Positions 37,291 to 47,150 of a stretch of 64,000 bases of DNA are shown here, one piece after another. The notes below the pieces were generated by a model. It was not told the DNA's origin, searched no databases, and saw nothing but the letters and a program-made list of their open reading frames with translations. Made by a program: the position numbers and the translations under genes. Each line of letters opens with the position of its first letter. Position 1 is the first letter of the stretch. Source of the stretch: Deltaproteobacteria bacterium (GTDB lineage: Bacteria; Desulfobacterota; Syntrophia; Syntrophales; Smithellaceae); contig JAPLJP010000089.1 in NCBI GenBank assembly GCA_026388535.1, positions 3,865 to 67,864 on the forward strand, given 5' to 3'.

Positions 37291-38493
37291 ATGAGCAGGC
37301 AAGCATATGCGATTTTTTCCGAAGGAACGATTGGGCGTCTCAAAGTCAAGAACCGTCTCGTGCGCGCGGCCACGAACGAATCGGCCATGACCAAAGACGG
37401 TCATATAACCGAAAAGATGCTCACTCTTTATAAGGATCTGGCGCAAGGCGGGGTGGGAACGATCATCACCGGTCATATGGCCGTTGAACTCCGGGGAAAG
37501 GGTATGCCCAGGCAATCCTGCATTTATGACGATGGTTTTATCGAAGAAATCGCCAAGATCGCGGATACAATACATCATTACGGGAATGGATGTAAGGCTA
37601 TCGCCCAACTGAGCTTTGCCGGCCGGCAGGTGACGCATGAGAATAACTGGGCTCAATCCCTTGGTCCTTCCGAGGTTATAAGTCCGGTCACGAAAAAACA
37701 GGCCCGCGCCCTTTCCCGCGAGGAAATAGGTGAAATTATCCAGGCCTTCGTGCAAGCCATCGCCCGGGTGCAAAGGGCAGGTTTTGATGGGGTACAACTG
37801 CATGCCGCCCACGGCTATCTTTTAAGCGCCTTTCTCTCCCCTTACACCAACCACCGCACCGATCAATATGGCGGATCGCTCGGCAACCGGGTGAGGATCA
37901 TCAGCGAGATTGTCGCCCAGGCACGCGCCCAGGTGGGGGATTTCCCGATCCTGATAAAGTTTAATTGCGACGATCATGTGCCGGGCGGGATCGATTTCGA
38001 TTCATTCCCTGCTTTGGCCCGCGAGATTGAGAAGACCGGAGTCGATGCCATCGAGGTCAGCGGCGGGATGTGGGATTGCCTGGTACGCACCGAAAGCGAA
38101 CTCGGCTTTGTACCCGTACCCATACCGGAGTCCCGAACTGATATCGCTACGCCGGAAAAACAATCCTACTATTTGAGATATGTTGATAATCTCAAGCTCT
38201 CGATTCCGATTCTGCTGATAGGCGGCAATCGCGATATCGAGCGTATGGAGCGTATCCTGGCTCAAGGTACGGTTTCTTTTTTCTCACTCGCCCGTCCCTT
38301 GATCAGCGAACCCAATCTACCACAGCGTTGGCTGGAAGGTCGCGGCCCGGCCACTACGCACTGCATTTCTTGTAATGCCTGCGTGTTCACCATCAAGCAT
38401 GCCTCGGTAACCTGTTTATTCAAACGGAGTAAGACATTGCAAAAAATCGTGCATGGTACATCGCCGCTGGCCTGGCATCTGTTTTTGAAATAG
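37291..38493 (+). CDS. NADH:flavin oxidoreductase (Old Yellow Enzyme family)
   Basis: Contains HAAHGYLLSAFLSPYTNHRTDQYGGSLGNRVR and a TIM-barrel OYE layout. Confidence 0.85.
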   Translation: MSRQAYAIFSEGTIGRLKVKNRLVRAATNESAMTKDGHITEKMLTLYKDLAQGGVGTIITGHMAVELRGKGMPRQSCIYDDGFIEEIAKIADTIHHYGNGCKAIAQLSFAGRQVTHENNWAQSLGPSEVISPVTKKQARALSREEIGEIIQAFVQAIARVQRAGFDGVQLHAAHGYLLSAFLSPYTNHRTDQYGGSLGNRVRIISEIVAQARAQVGDFPILIKFNCDDHVPGGIDFDSFPALAREIEKTGVDAIEVSGGMWDCLVRTESELGFVPVPIPESRTDIATPEKQSYYLRYVDNLKLSIPILLIGGNRDIERMERILAQGTVSFFSLARPLISEPNLPQRWLEGRGPATTHCISCNACVFTIKHASVTCLFKRSKTLQKIVHGTSPLAWHLFLK

Positions 38494-38707
38494 AAAAAAA
38501 GCATCCAGGCGCCAAAGGATACTTGATCTCATACATTAGGGAGGATTTTATTAAATTTTTTCAATGGTTTTATAGAAAAAGTTAATTGAGCAAGAAACAT
38601 ATTATATTTGCCCCAAGCCACAGCGTACTTGATCTTTTAGTTGATATTGCAGTGCGGGAGAGTATTAAAAATAACTTATTTTTATCTAAAATTAATTGGT
38701 TGTAAGT

Positions 38708-39967
38708 ATGGATCGAAAAAATAAAATAAACACAATCTCTTTAATCGTTATGGCTGGTTTTGTGTTTTCTATTCTTTTGCATTATGTAAGAGGAACGTAT
38801 ATGGGCTTGCCGTATCCTTTTAATACATTTCTGTTTAGACCAGATGCCGTATTTTCAGATTTTCTTTATCCTTATCTGGGAAACGTCAACCTGAATCCTT
38901 ATTTTTCTGGAGTACCAAGTTTAAGATCGAGTTATTATCCGTTTACAAATATAATTTTTTATTTATTCAGCTATCTTCCGCAACCGCATATAATTATGAT
39001 TTTATGCTTCGTTCTGGCGTTTGTTTATTTTAATCGTATAAATTTAAAATCAGAAGACAAAATAGAATATTTCAGTAACGTATTTATTTTATCATTTCTG
39101 ACTTATCCTTTTCTTTTCTTAATCGACCGGGGAAATATAGAAATGGTCGTATTTATTTTTTTGGCGGTGTTTATACTTTTATTTAAAAGGGAGAAATTTT
39201 TTGCTGCATCAATATTTCTTACGCTTGCCATAGCAATGAAGGCTTATCCAATAGCTTTTATAGTACTTTTTCTCGATAAAAAACGATATAAGAATGCATT
39301 GGGAATATTGTTTTCTGTCGCAGTATTGGAATTTGTTAGTTTGTTATTCCACCAAGGCGGACTGGCAGCGAATTTAAATCACGTGCTTTCAGGTTTTAAT
39401 ATAAGAAATGACCGCCTGCCATACATAGGTTCAATTATTTACGGAAATAATATTTTTCTGCAAAGAGGGGTGAGTTTATATACGTTGGTGAAACTTATTT
39501 TAATAGAGCAAAACCAAATTATGAACATAGACATGGCTGAACTAGTTCGTATTTACAATATTATTATGGGTGTTTTATTTACTATATTGTCAGCTTACAT
39601 TTTATTAATCGAGAAAGAATTTTGGAAGAAAGTTATGTTATTGGTTATCGCAATGCTGCTTTTCCCCTATATATCGTGTGATTACAAACTGATACTTTTA
39701 TTTTTACCTCTATTCTTATTTATAAATTCGACTAAGGTGCAGAAGAGTGACTTATTTTATGTGATTATGTTTTCTTTGCTGCTAATTCCGAAAGATTATT
39801 TTTTCTTTAAATGGATCTATTCTGACTCATTATTCCACGATATCAGTATTGCTGTTCCCATGAATATATTGATATTGCTGGGTTTACTTTTAAGGATAAT
39901 GGCAGAAGGAATGGAAATTTGGTTCAATGATTCAGTTCGCGGGCGGAAGGAAACCTGTAAAAATTAG
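38708..39967 (+). CDS. Polytopic membrane protein, paralog 1 of 3 (putative GT-C-type glycosyltransferase or polymerase)
   Basis: Start set at ATG 38708. It shares FNTFLFRPDAVFSDF, YYPFTNIIFY, YPFLFLIDRGNIE, MKAYPIAF and CDYKLILLFLPLF blocks with the genes at 40136 and 57651. The DNA is visibly AT-rich. Confidence 0.55.
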   Translation: MDRKNKINTISLIVMAGFVFSILLHYVRGTYMGLPYPFNTFLFRPDAVFSDFLYPYLGNVNLNPYFSGVPSLRSSYYPFTNIIFYLFSYLPQPHIIMILCFVLAFVYFNRINLKSEDKIEYFSNVFILSFLTYPFLFLIDRGNIEMVVFIFLAVFILLFKREKFFAASIFLTLAIAMKAYPIAFIVLFLDKKRYKNALGILFSVAVLEFVSLLFHQGGLAANLNHVLSGFNIRNDRLPYIGSIIYGNNIFLQRGVSLYTLVKLILIEQNQIMNIDMAELVRIYNIIMGVLFTILSAYILLIEKEFWKKVMLLVIAMLLFPYISCDYKLILLFLPLFLFINSTKVQKSDLFYVIMFSLLLIPKDYFFFKWIYSDSLFHDISIAVPMNILILLGLLLRIMAEGMEIWFNDSVRGRKETCKN

Positions 39968-40135
39968 GGCATGAAAATATTTATTACATGCGCAAGCGCA
40001 CCATCCCCGGCAAAAAGGGCACACCCTACACCAAGCGGGATTAGCGGAAAAATTTGGCAGGGCAAGTTAATACTTTTATCATTTAATCGATTCCTGAAGA
40101 TTATGTTGCAAAATAGCAATAACGCGAACCCTTAC

Positions 40136-41563
40136 TCATTCGGTAACAGTCACTGTCTTTTTCGGGAGATCACTTTCAATACTTGAGCGCTGCGAGCAGA
40201 CAAGTGTTCCGTAATACTGTTCCACTACTATCATTATGCAGACCGTCAATATGAGCAGCGGATTGACGATTGTTCCACAACGGACATCAAAGAACAAAAT
40301 CCAGAATCCCTTGGGAACTACGATGAGACACAGAAGCGCAAGATAGGTTCTGGTCCATCGGGTCTCCTTGCCACTGCGGATAAGCAAAAACATAGGCACC
40401 AGTGTGTGAATCAACTTGTAATCGTAAGACGGAAACGGCAACAACTGGACCGCCGCCACCAGAACAAACCACGCTTTCCAGAATTCGAGACGGGAAAAAA
40501 ACACATACGCCAAGACGGCCAACGCAATAATCCCAGCCACAACATAATAATATGCAATGATTGGCCTTAGCGACGCCACACTTATGAAAGCGTGGTGGAG
40601 TAGAGCCCAGAATGAGTACAGCATGCTAAAAAGACTGATGTTGTGGGTGAGTCCGTTGTACTTGAAAAGCATTAAATCGCTGAAATTCCGGAGCGCGTTT
40701 CTCAGCAGGGTGAGATTTTCAAATACTCCTCCCTCCAGAAAAAGCAGCGCAACTATGGTCAGACAGACGGGTACCGCTACTCCGATCATAAGCTCTTTCC
40801 AGCGACGTTCCCTTACAAAAAATATGAGAAATATGATAGGGAACCCCTTGATCGAAGCCGCAAGACCGATACATGCGGCGGCCAATTTGCCGCGACCGGA
40901 CAGATAAAGCCACGCCGCGCAGGCCAGAAAAATGAAGATGATCCCCTCAATGTTTCCGCGATCAAGCGTAAACAAGAGTGGATAACTCATCAGAGTGAAT
41001 ACCAGAACATTCAGGCATCGCTGACCTATGCTGTCCGACAATCCGTCACCAAGTGCCTTGGCTGACGCGAAAACTGCAAAACCAATGACAAACAGCGAGT
41101 ATATTACCAAGCTTGCGTACTTGTTTATAAGGGTGAATGGATAAAACAGAAGATGGGTGAACGGAAAGTAATTACTCGCTTCCGTGGGATAGTGAGAGTA
41201 CATAATTACTCCTCCCACATTCTTAATCATATTGCTATCTCCGAGTACTCCTATCACATTCTTAATCTGATAGGGATTCCTATCGGCGGTCATCCGAAGG
41301 ACACCCAAGAAGTCCTGAAATCTGTCAGCCGGTCTGAACAGAAAAGTAGAATACGGGTAATCCCTTCCGAGAAACACTGCATAAAACACGCAAAACGCTA
41401 CGCCCAAGATAAACCCTGCGGCAAGAAAAATCCTGCAGAATCTGATTCGCCTTAAAACGATATCTTCAGGAATGCCATTCAACATCCCGTCCGCAAATTT
41501 CACAATATTATCCTGTTGAGGTCGTTCATTCGTTCTAAACTTTTTGCTTGTTTTCCCGCTCAC
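40136..41563 (-). CDS. Polytopic membrane protein, paralog 2 of 3 (putative GT-C-type glycosyltransferase or polymerase)
   Basis: Contains YSTFLFRPADRFQDF, YFPFTHLLFY, YPLLFTLDRGNIE, IKGFPIIF and YDYKLIHTLVPMF. Starts at GTG 41563; an alternative ATG lies at 41485. Confidence 0.55.
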   Translation of the reverse strand: MSGKTSKKFRTNERPQQDNIVKFADGMLNGIPEDIVLRRIRFCRIFLAAGFILGVAFCVFYAVFLGRDYPYSTFLFRPADRFQDFLGVLRMTADRNPYQIKNVIGVLGDSNMIKNVGGVIMYSHYPTEASNYFPFTHLLFYPFTLINKYASLVIYSLFVIGFAVFASAKALGDGLSDSIGQRCLNVLVFTLMSYPLLFTLDRGNIEGIIFIFLACAAWLYLSGRGKLAAACIGLAASIKGFPIIFLIFFVRERRWKELMIGVAVPVCLTIVALLFLEGGVFENLTLLRNALRNFSDLMLFKYNGLTHNISLFSMLYSFWALLHHAFISVASLRPIIAYYYVVAGIIALAVLAYVFFSRLEFWKAWFVLVAAVQLLPFPSYDYKLIHTLVPMFLLIRSGKETRWTRTYLALLCLIVVPKGFWILFFDVRCGTIVNPLLILTVCIMIVVEQYYGTLVCSQRSSIESDLPKKTVTVTE

Positions 41564-41771
41564 ATTGATATCCTTTCAATCGCTTTTTTAAAATCAAAAT
41601 GAACAGCCAAATCAAGACTATTTGATGCTCTCCTAACCTATGGCACATAGCGCTCGGCAGGATTCCCTGAAATGTTTTGTTGCTTAATGTTTACCTGCCG
41701 AGATGGTTCAAAATTGAAATATATTTTATTAAAAGATCTATTTGAAAGAAAAATATGTATTTTACTTTCTC

Positions 41772-42488
41772 TTAAAGAATATAACCTGCTTTTTGTGCAT
41801 CATTGTAAAACATTTTAACTGTATCAAGAGAAAATTCAGTAAGATCTTTACTAACAAGGTTTAACTTATTTAAAATATCGTTTGTCACGGTAATCACATG
41901 GCAGCCGATTGCATCTGCCTGAAAAATATTAAGAAGCTCCCTGGGACTTGCCCAAATCAGTTCGGCTGCTGGCACAAGGCTAATAATTTCAACAGCAGCA
42001 GCCATCAACGGCAAAGGATCACGGCCGGTATCAGCAATACGACCGGCAAACACCGAAACATAGCTCGGCACAGAGGGATTTAGCACGGCTGCCACATCTC
42101 GTACCTGAGTCAGGGTCATCATTGCTGTTACATTAAGCTTGACCTTTTGTTCCGCCAGTTTTTTTACCAACGCATAACTTGGTTTTTGTTTGGTGTTGGT
42201 AACAGGAATTTTGACATAGACGTTATTGCCCCAACTGGAGATTTCCAAAGCTTGACGCTCCATCTCGGCAAAGTCATCGGAGAAAACCTCAAACGATATC
42301 GGTTTATCCTTGATCATCGTCAGAATGTCCTTACAAAATGCACGGTAGTCAGCGATACCGGCCTTCTTCATCAAAGTGGGATTGGTTGTCAGCCCCTTGA
42401 TATAGTGTTTGGAATACATCTCCAGCATACCGGCCTTATCTGCGCCATCAGCAAAAATCTTGATTTTTAGGTCTTCAATTTTTTTCAT
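41772..42488 (-). CDS. Transaldolase-family protein (short TalC/FSA-like form)
   Basis: 238 aa with FADGAD...GLTTNPTLM and a later KIP motif. Confidence 0.8.
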   Translation of the reverse strand: MKKIEDLKIKIFADGADKAGMLEMYSKHYIKGLTTNPTLMKKAGIADYRAFCKDILTMIKDKPISFEVFSDDFAEMERQALEISSWGNNVYVKIPVTNTKQKPSYALVKKLAEQKVKLNVTAMMTLTQVRDVAAVLNPSVPSYVSVFAGRIADTGRDPLPLMAAAVEIISLVPAAELIWASPRELLNIFQADAIGCHVITVTNDILNKLNLVSKDLTEFSLDTVKMFYNDAQKAGYIL

Positions 42489-43020
42489 TTGGCTTCCCCT
42501 TCAAAATTATTCGCGCGGCCTCAAGCAGAGAGGTTACGCGGTAATCAAACGCTTCAGGTTTTTTTTCATCGTAGTCATAGTCAATAAATATTGTTTTACA
42601 GCCGGCATGTCTTCCTGCTTCGGTATCTCGCCAGCGATCGCCAATCATATAGCTATTAATTAGATCAATCCCATGCTGTTTGGCCGCCGCCATCAATGAA
42701 CCGGGCAGCGGCTTTCTACAATCACAGCCATCGCCGCTGTCGTGATAACATATCCTAAACTCGTCAATCGGCAGGCAGTTCGCGAGATGCGCATTTATCT
42801 CTTCAACCAAAGCCCGAGGAGTTATGCCGCGGGCAACATCAGGTTGATTTGTCACCACAATCAGCATGAACCCGGCATCGCGTAATGCGGTTAGAGCATC
42901 TGAAACTCCCGGCAAGATCTCCACTTCGGAAAGACTTGCCGGCGGAAAAGGTTTGCCATCGCGTACGACTGCCCGATTAATCACTCCATCCCTGTCAATA
43001 AATACTGCCCGACGTTTCAT
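42475..43020 (-). CDS. gmhB: D-glycero-D-manno-heptose 1,7-bisphosphate phosphatase (HAD-IIIA)
   Basis: Contains FIDRDGVIN, VVTNQ and the CYHDSGDGCDCRKPLPG zinc motif, then GDRWRD. Confidence 0.8.
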   Translation of the reverse strand: MKRRAVFIDRDGVINRAVVRDGKPFPPASLSEVEILPGVSDALTALRDAGFMLIVVTNQPDVARGITPRALVEEINAHLANCLPIDEFRICYHDSGDGCDCRKPLPGSLMAAAKQHGIDLINSYMIGDRWRDTEAGRHAGCKTIFIDYDYDEKKPEAFDYRVTSLLEAARIILKGKPNEKN

Positions 43021-43033
43021 CGTTTTCAGCCTT

Positions 43034-43633
43034 TTACTTGACTATCGATTCCCATTTTGTTTGATTCGATTTAAGTTTCGGATGCGATACCAGCAAATGC
43101 CATATAACCGTCTGAAACGCCTCGGAATGAGGTGTAATGTTCTCCGTATTTACAGTCGGAACGATTACGCAGGCATCCGCTACCTTTGCCGTATAACCGC
43201 CGTCACGACCAACCACCCCGATAACTTTGGCACCAACAGACTTGGAGTATTTCAGAGCTTCCACCAGATTCGGACTTATATTTTTTTCAAGGTTACCGCC
43301 GCCAACTGAAAAGACAAAGACCGCATCCTTAGAGGAAAGTCTGCTTGTTTTCAGCCACTCAACAAAGATTGTTACCCAGCCTTCATCGTTAGTGCGTGCC
43401 GTCAATTCGGAAACGTTATCTGTCGGCGCATAGGATTCGATTCCGACTATTTTACGAAAATCATTCACCGCATGAGAACAGTTACCGGCGCTTCCTCCCA
43501 CGCCTAGAAAGAATATCCTTCCACCATCATGCTTGATGCCGGCAATTATATCCGCCATCCGCTCTATCGCCTCAACATCAATTTTGTTGAGAATATTGAT
43601 TGCCTCATTCAAATGCTGTTTAGCGTAACTCAT
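43034..43633 (-). CDS. gmhA: Phosphoheptose isomerase (SIS domain)
   Basis: Contains GGRIFFLGVGGSAGNCSHAVNDF and VFSVGGG. The gene sits between gmhB and the heptose nucleotidyltransferase. Confidence 0.82.
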   Translation of the reverse strand: MSYAKQHLNEAINILNKIDVEAIERMADIIAGIKHDGGRIFFLGVGGSAGNCSHAVNDFRKIVGIESYAPTDNVSELTARTNDEGWVTIFVEWLKTSRLSSKDAVFVFSVGGGNLEKNISPNLVEALKYSKSVGAKVIGVVGRDGGYTAKVADACVIVPTVNTENITPHSEAFQTVIWHLLVSHPKLKSNQTKWESIVK

Positions 43634-44337
43634 TCTTTATCTCTCTCCTTGAAATACTGTATAGTTTCATCCAGCCCCTTGTGAGAGCCAATTTCATAAA
43701 ATCGTTCGAACACCTCATGTCCTGCCAACAAACCCCTGATCGAAAGCTCGTGATAAATATCCGCCAAATCAAAAGGCTGATCTATGGGTACATTCTCGAA
43801 AACCGAAGCAGAAAGTATTCCCAGACCATAGTCAATGTATGTCATTTCCGGCCGCGGTACCTGCTTGTTGTATTCAGCAATGCAACCATTGCAGAACAAA
43901 ACATTGCTTTTGTCCCATTGATCGTTATTTTTCACCACTGTCATTATTGCCGGTTTTCCGCTTACCAAGAAATCACGCTCAACTGCTTTAAAATCAATCG
44001 GCAGATAGGAATCGCCATAATAAACAAAAAAACTCTCGTCCAAAAGTGGTAAAGCTTTTTTCAAGGCACCGCCCGTGCCTAACAAGCGCGGGCCATCCCA
44101 TGAATAGCGCACATCCAAACCAAGAGCCGAACCATCACCCACAAGCGCCTCCACCTGCTCACCAAGATGCCCCAGACACAGCACAACGCGAGCAATACCT
44201 TGTTGCTGCAAGTAGTCCAGTTGTCGCACTATAAAAGGCTTGCCCGCAACATCTACCAGTGCCTTAGGAATATTTTCGGTTATGGGCTTCAGGCGGGTCG
44301 ACAGGCCGCCCGCAAGGATGGCAACCGGTATACTCAT
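43630..44337 (-). CDS. hddC: D-glycero-alpha-D-manno-heptose 1-phosphate guanylyltransferase-like nucleotidyltransferase
   Basis: Contains AILAGGLSTRLKPITENIPKALV (NTP_transferase). It forms an operon with a GHMP kinase, gmhA and gmhB. Nucleotide specificity is inferred from this context only. Confidence 0.65.
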   Translation of the reverse strand: MSIPVAILAGGLSTRLKPITENIPKALVDVAGKPFIVRQLDYLQQQGIARVVLCLGHLGEQVEALVGDGSALGLDVRYSWDGPRLLGTGGALKKALPLLDESFFVYYGDSYLPIDFKAVERDFLVSGKPAIMTVVKNNDQWDKSNVLFCNGCIAEYNKQVPRPEMTYIDYGLGILSASVFENVPIDQPFDLADIYHELSIRGLLAGHEVFERFYEIGSHKGLDETIQYFKERDKE

Positions 44338-45314
44338 GCGAACACGACCTTTGTACCTTCAAAATCAAATCGAAAGCGCACCTCTTCAAGCCCTGCCTGT
44401 GCCATGGCGTGTTTCAAACGGTTTCGGTCATCCGCATAAAACATCAGAAAACCTCCACCTCCCGCGCCTACTAATTTTCCTCCAATAGCGCCATTCGCCC
44501 TTCCGAGTTCATACCATGCATCTATTTGCGGATTGCTCATTCCCTTTGATCTTTTTCGCTTATGCTCCCAGTGTTCATGCATTATTTCTCCGAACACCTC
44601 CGGTTTTCCATTCTCCAAAGCTTTTTTACTGCGCAAGCCAAGCTCTTTTGTGTAGTGCAAATTTTCAAGCATCTCTTGATCGGATTTTTCTGAACGCGTC
44701 TTTTGATCTTTTAAAACATTTCCAGCGTTTCTGGAAAAACCGGTAAAAAACAAAAGAAGATTATCCTCCAAATCAAATAAAGTATCCGTGCTGATCTTGA
44801 GCGGCGAAGATTCCACGGAATCATCCTTATTAAAATTGAAACATGTCAGCCCGCCATATGCCGCAATGTATTGATCCTGTTTGCCGATAGGCTCCTTTAA
44901 CTTTTCAATTTCAATCTCACAGGCCAGCTTTGCCAAATCGCCGGGAAGAAGCAGTTTTCTCTCCTGCATGTACAAAGCTTTTAGCAATGCTGTAGTAAAA
45001 CTCCCTGACGAACCCAATCCTGTGCCTGAAGGAATGTCTGCCAAAGTCGTGATTTCCAACTGCGGCCTTTCATAGTCAAACAACTTAATGGCTTCCCGGA
45101 TGATTGAATGTTGCACATCTTCAATTTTCTCCACATGTTCAAGTTTAGAGTACTTTAAAAAAATCCCGGGAGTAAAAGGCCTGATGACCGTTACATACAC
45201 ATATTTATCGATAGCTGCCGCAATCAGAAAACCGCCATAATTGCGATAATAGGAAGGCAAATCCGTTCCACCACCCCCAAGGCTGATGCGCAGAGGACTA
45301 CGAGTTATAATCAT
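44334..45314 (-). CDS. hddA: D-glycero-alpha-D-manno-heptose 7-phosphate kinase-like GHMP kinase
   Basis: Contains RSPLRISLGGGGTDLP and PSGTGLGSSGSF GHMP motifs. The context is as described for hddC. Confidence 0.68.
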   Translation of the reverse strand: MIITRSPLRISLGGGGTDLPSYYRNYGGFLIAAAIDKYVYVTVIRPFTPGIFLKYSKLEHVEKIEDVQHSIIREAIKLFDYERPQLEITTLADIPSGTGLGSSGSFTTALLKALYMQERKLLLPGDLAKLACEIEIEKLKEPIGKQDQYIAAYGGLTCFNFNKDDSVESSPLKISTDTLFDLEDNLLLFFTGFSRNAGNVLKDQKTRSEKSDQEMLENLHYTKELGLRSKKALENGKPEVFGEIMHEHWEHKRKRSKGMSNPQIDAWYELGRANGAIGGKLVGAGGGGFLMFYADDRNRLKHAMAQAGLEEVRFRFDFEGTKVVFA

Positions 45315-46290
45315 AACCAGACTCCTTGTATATTTTCTGAATAACCTTCAGCGATTCATAGGCATCCCGCAACCCGACAACTGGTGAGCGATTCATGCGT
45401 ATATCATCGTAAAATTCCGCTATTTCCACAGCCCAGGAATCATCCGCTTCAGGATATTCCCAAACCATTATTTCCGGCGGGCCCATCTGGGGCAACATTT
45501 TGTAATGCGTCAATCGCTCAACCCCGTAACTTCCGCCCAATCCGGAAATATCGAGCTTTCCATCGCGGCCGTATATTTCCATAGAAAACAAGTTTTTCCA
45601 TTCTGTCCAGCTTGCGTGTAAAAATGCAACTTGATTTTTTGCTGTTCTCAATAACATGAAGCCATTATCCTCTACCGGCATGTTCCAGTAATAGGTATGG
45701 GCAAAACCCTGAACGTCTATAAACTCACCCAGAAACCAGCGGGAAAGATCAATCAGATGCGATCCCTGATCAATCAGTTCCCCGCCTCCGGACAGCTTCG
45801 GATTTGCACGCCACTCTTTGTCATATCCAAGCCTACCTCCATGACCGTAGCGTGCCCGTATGAACATCAGCTCACCTAATTGTCCGGATTCAAACAACTC
45901 CCGAGCCTTCCGGAATGCATGGTGATAACGGTGATTGAATCCCACGCGTATCATTACTGTGCTTTGTTCGGCCGCTGCCATGACCGGCGCAAGCTCCGCA
46001 AGATTACGCGCGGCCGGTTTTTCAACCAAAACATGCTTCCCGGCTTCAATCGCGGCAAGCGTTATTTCCGCCAGCGTCTCATGCAAAGTAGAAACAAAAA
46101 TAATCTCAACTTCAGGTATTGTCAAAAGCTTTCGCCAATCACTAAAAGATTCGGCACCGTTTGTCTGTGCCAGGGCTTTTGCTTTTTCTTTATTAATGTC
46201 AGCGCAGGCAACAAGCCTGCCCTCACCAAGGAATTGAGCCCGCTTTTGCCCTATCAGGCCGCAACCGATAATTCCCACGCCAAAACTCAT
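45298..46290 (-). CDS. Gfo/Idh/MocA-family oxidoreductase
   Basis: An N-terminal Rossmann motif (GIIGCGLIGQKR) and EKP motif (VLVEKPAA). Confidence 0.85.
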   Translation of the reverse strand: MSFGVGIIGCGLIGQKRAQFLGEGRLVACADINKEKAKALAQTNGAESFSDWRKLLTIPEVEIIFVSTLHETLAEITLAAIEAGKHVLVEKPAARNLAELAPVMAAAEQSTVMIRVGFNHRYHHAFRKARELFESGQLGELMFIRARYGHGGRLGYDKEWRANPKLSGGGELIDQGSHLIDLSRWFLGEFIDVQGFAHTYYWNMPVEDNGFMLLRTAKNQVAFLHASWTEWKNLFSMEIYGRDGKLDISGLGGSYGVERLTHYKMLPQMGPPEIMVWEYPEADDSWAVEIAEFYDDIRMNRSPVVGLRDAYESLKVIQKIYKESGYDYNS

Positions 46291-47150
46291 TTGTCCCCCC
46301 AGGAAAATCCTTTGTCTCTTCCGGTGATACGCCGCAAAGTATAAACATCGCTTGTGTTCAACTCATCAAGATGTTGCGGCCACTCTTCCCAATTATCCCA
46401 AACGGCGCTGATTAATTTGCCGGTAATCTCCTTGCTTGCATCAGTAGCGAGGAATAGTACCAAATCCGCGACGTGGTCCATTGAGGTACCGCCTTCCGAA
46501 AATACCTTTTGGGCATGGGCAAATTCACGTTCACCTGCCGCCGCAGTTCCTTTTTGCAATACTTCGCCCAACATATCCGTCTTCATCGCTCCGGGCGCAA
46601 CACAATTAACCCTTATACCAAAAGGCTTAGTCTCTTCTGCAAGAGTCTCGCTAAAGCGGACCAAACCAGCCTTTGCTGTAGCATAGGCGCTGAAATTAGC
46701 TCTTGGTCCGGTCGCGCCGCCACCGGAAAGATTAACAATCGAGCCACCACCGGTTTCTTTCATCCAAGGGATAAACGCACGACACAAGAATACCGGAGCC
46801 AGCAAATTAACCTGGATAGTTTTCTGCCAGTCTTCCCATTTGTTTTCCCATAAAGGGCCAATTGTACCCTGAATACCAGCATTGTTAATCAGCACATCCA
46901 GCCTGGGAAACATGGACTTGGCAGTTTTAACGATTCTCTCAACTTCATCCGGGTAGGCGAGATCACCGGCTATGGTATTGAGCGACTGTCCCTGTCTGTC
47001 GCCCAGAGCACTAGTAACCTGATTCAAAACATTCTGGTCTCTGGCAGATAATATAAGGCTCCAGCCATGCTGCCAAAAATGCCCGGCGAGCACTTTACCA
47101 AGCCCGCGGGTGGCACCGGTTATCAAGCAATACATACTTTTCCTATCCAT
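46287..47150 (-). CDS. SDR-family oxidoreductase
   Basis: Contains TGATRGLG, NNAG and YATAKAG (YxxxK). Confidence 0.85.
   Translation of the reverse strand: MDRKSMYCLITGATRGLGKVLAGHFWQHGWSLILSARDQNVLNQVTSALGDRQGQSLNTIAGDLAYPDEVERIVKTAKSMFPRLDVLINNAGIQGTIGPLWENKWEDWQKTIQVNLLAPVFLCRAFIPWMKETGGGSIVNLSGGGATGPRANFSAYATAKAGLVRFSETLAEETKPFGIRVNCVAPGAMKTDMLGEVLQKGTAAAGEREFAHAQKVFSEGGTSMDHVADLVLFLATDASKEITGKLISAVWDNWEEWPQHLDELNTSDVYTLRRITGRDKGFSWGDK

Noticed and set aside
37261-37812. 183-aa ORF on the minus strand
   Set aside because: It is entirely antisense to the strongly supported OYE-family flavoenzyme gene (37291..38493) and has no recognisable motifs. It looks like a typical shadow ORF.
39971-40186. 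71-aa ORF between the convergent paralog genes
   Set aside because: It has no SD, overlaps the 3' end of the minus-strand gene, and its composition is unlike the neighbouring coding regions.
41653-41703. 9-bp perfect inverted repeat CTCGGCAGG...CCTGCCGAG with a 33-nt loop downstream of the transaldolase gene
   Set aside because: It has no following U-tract on the transcribed (minus) strand and a large loop. The evidence is insufficient to call it a terminator or regulatory element.
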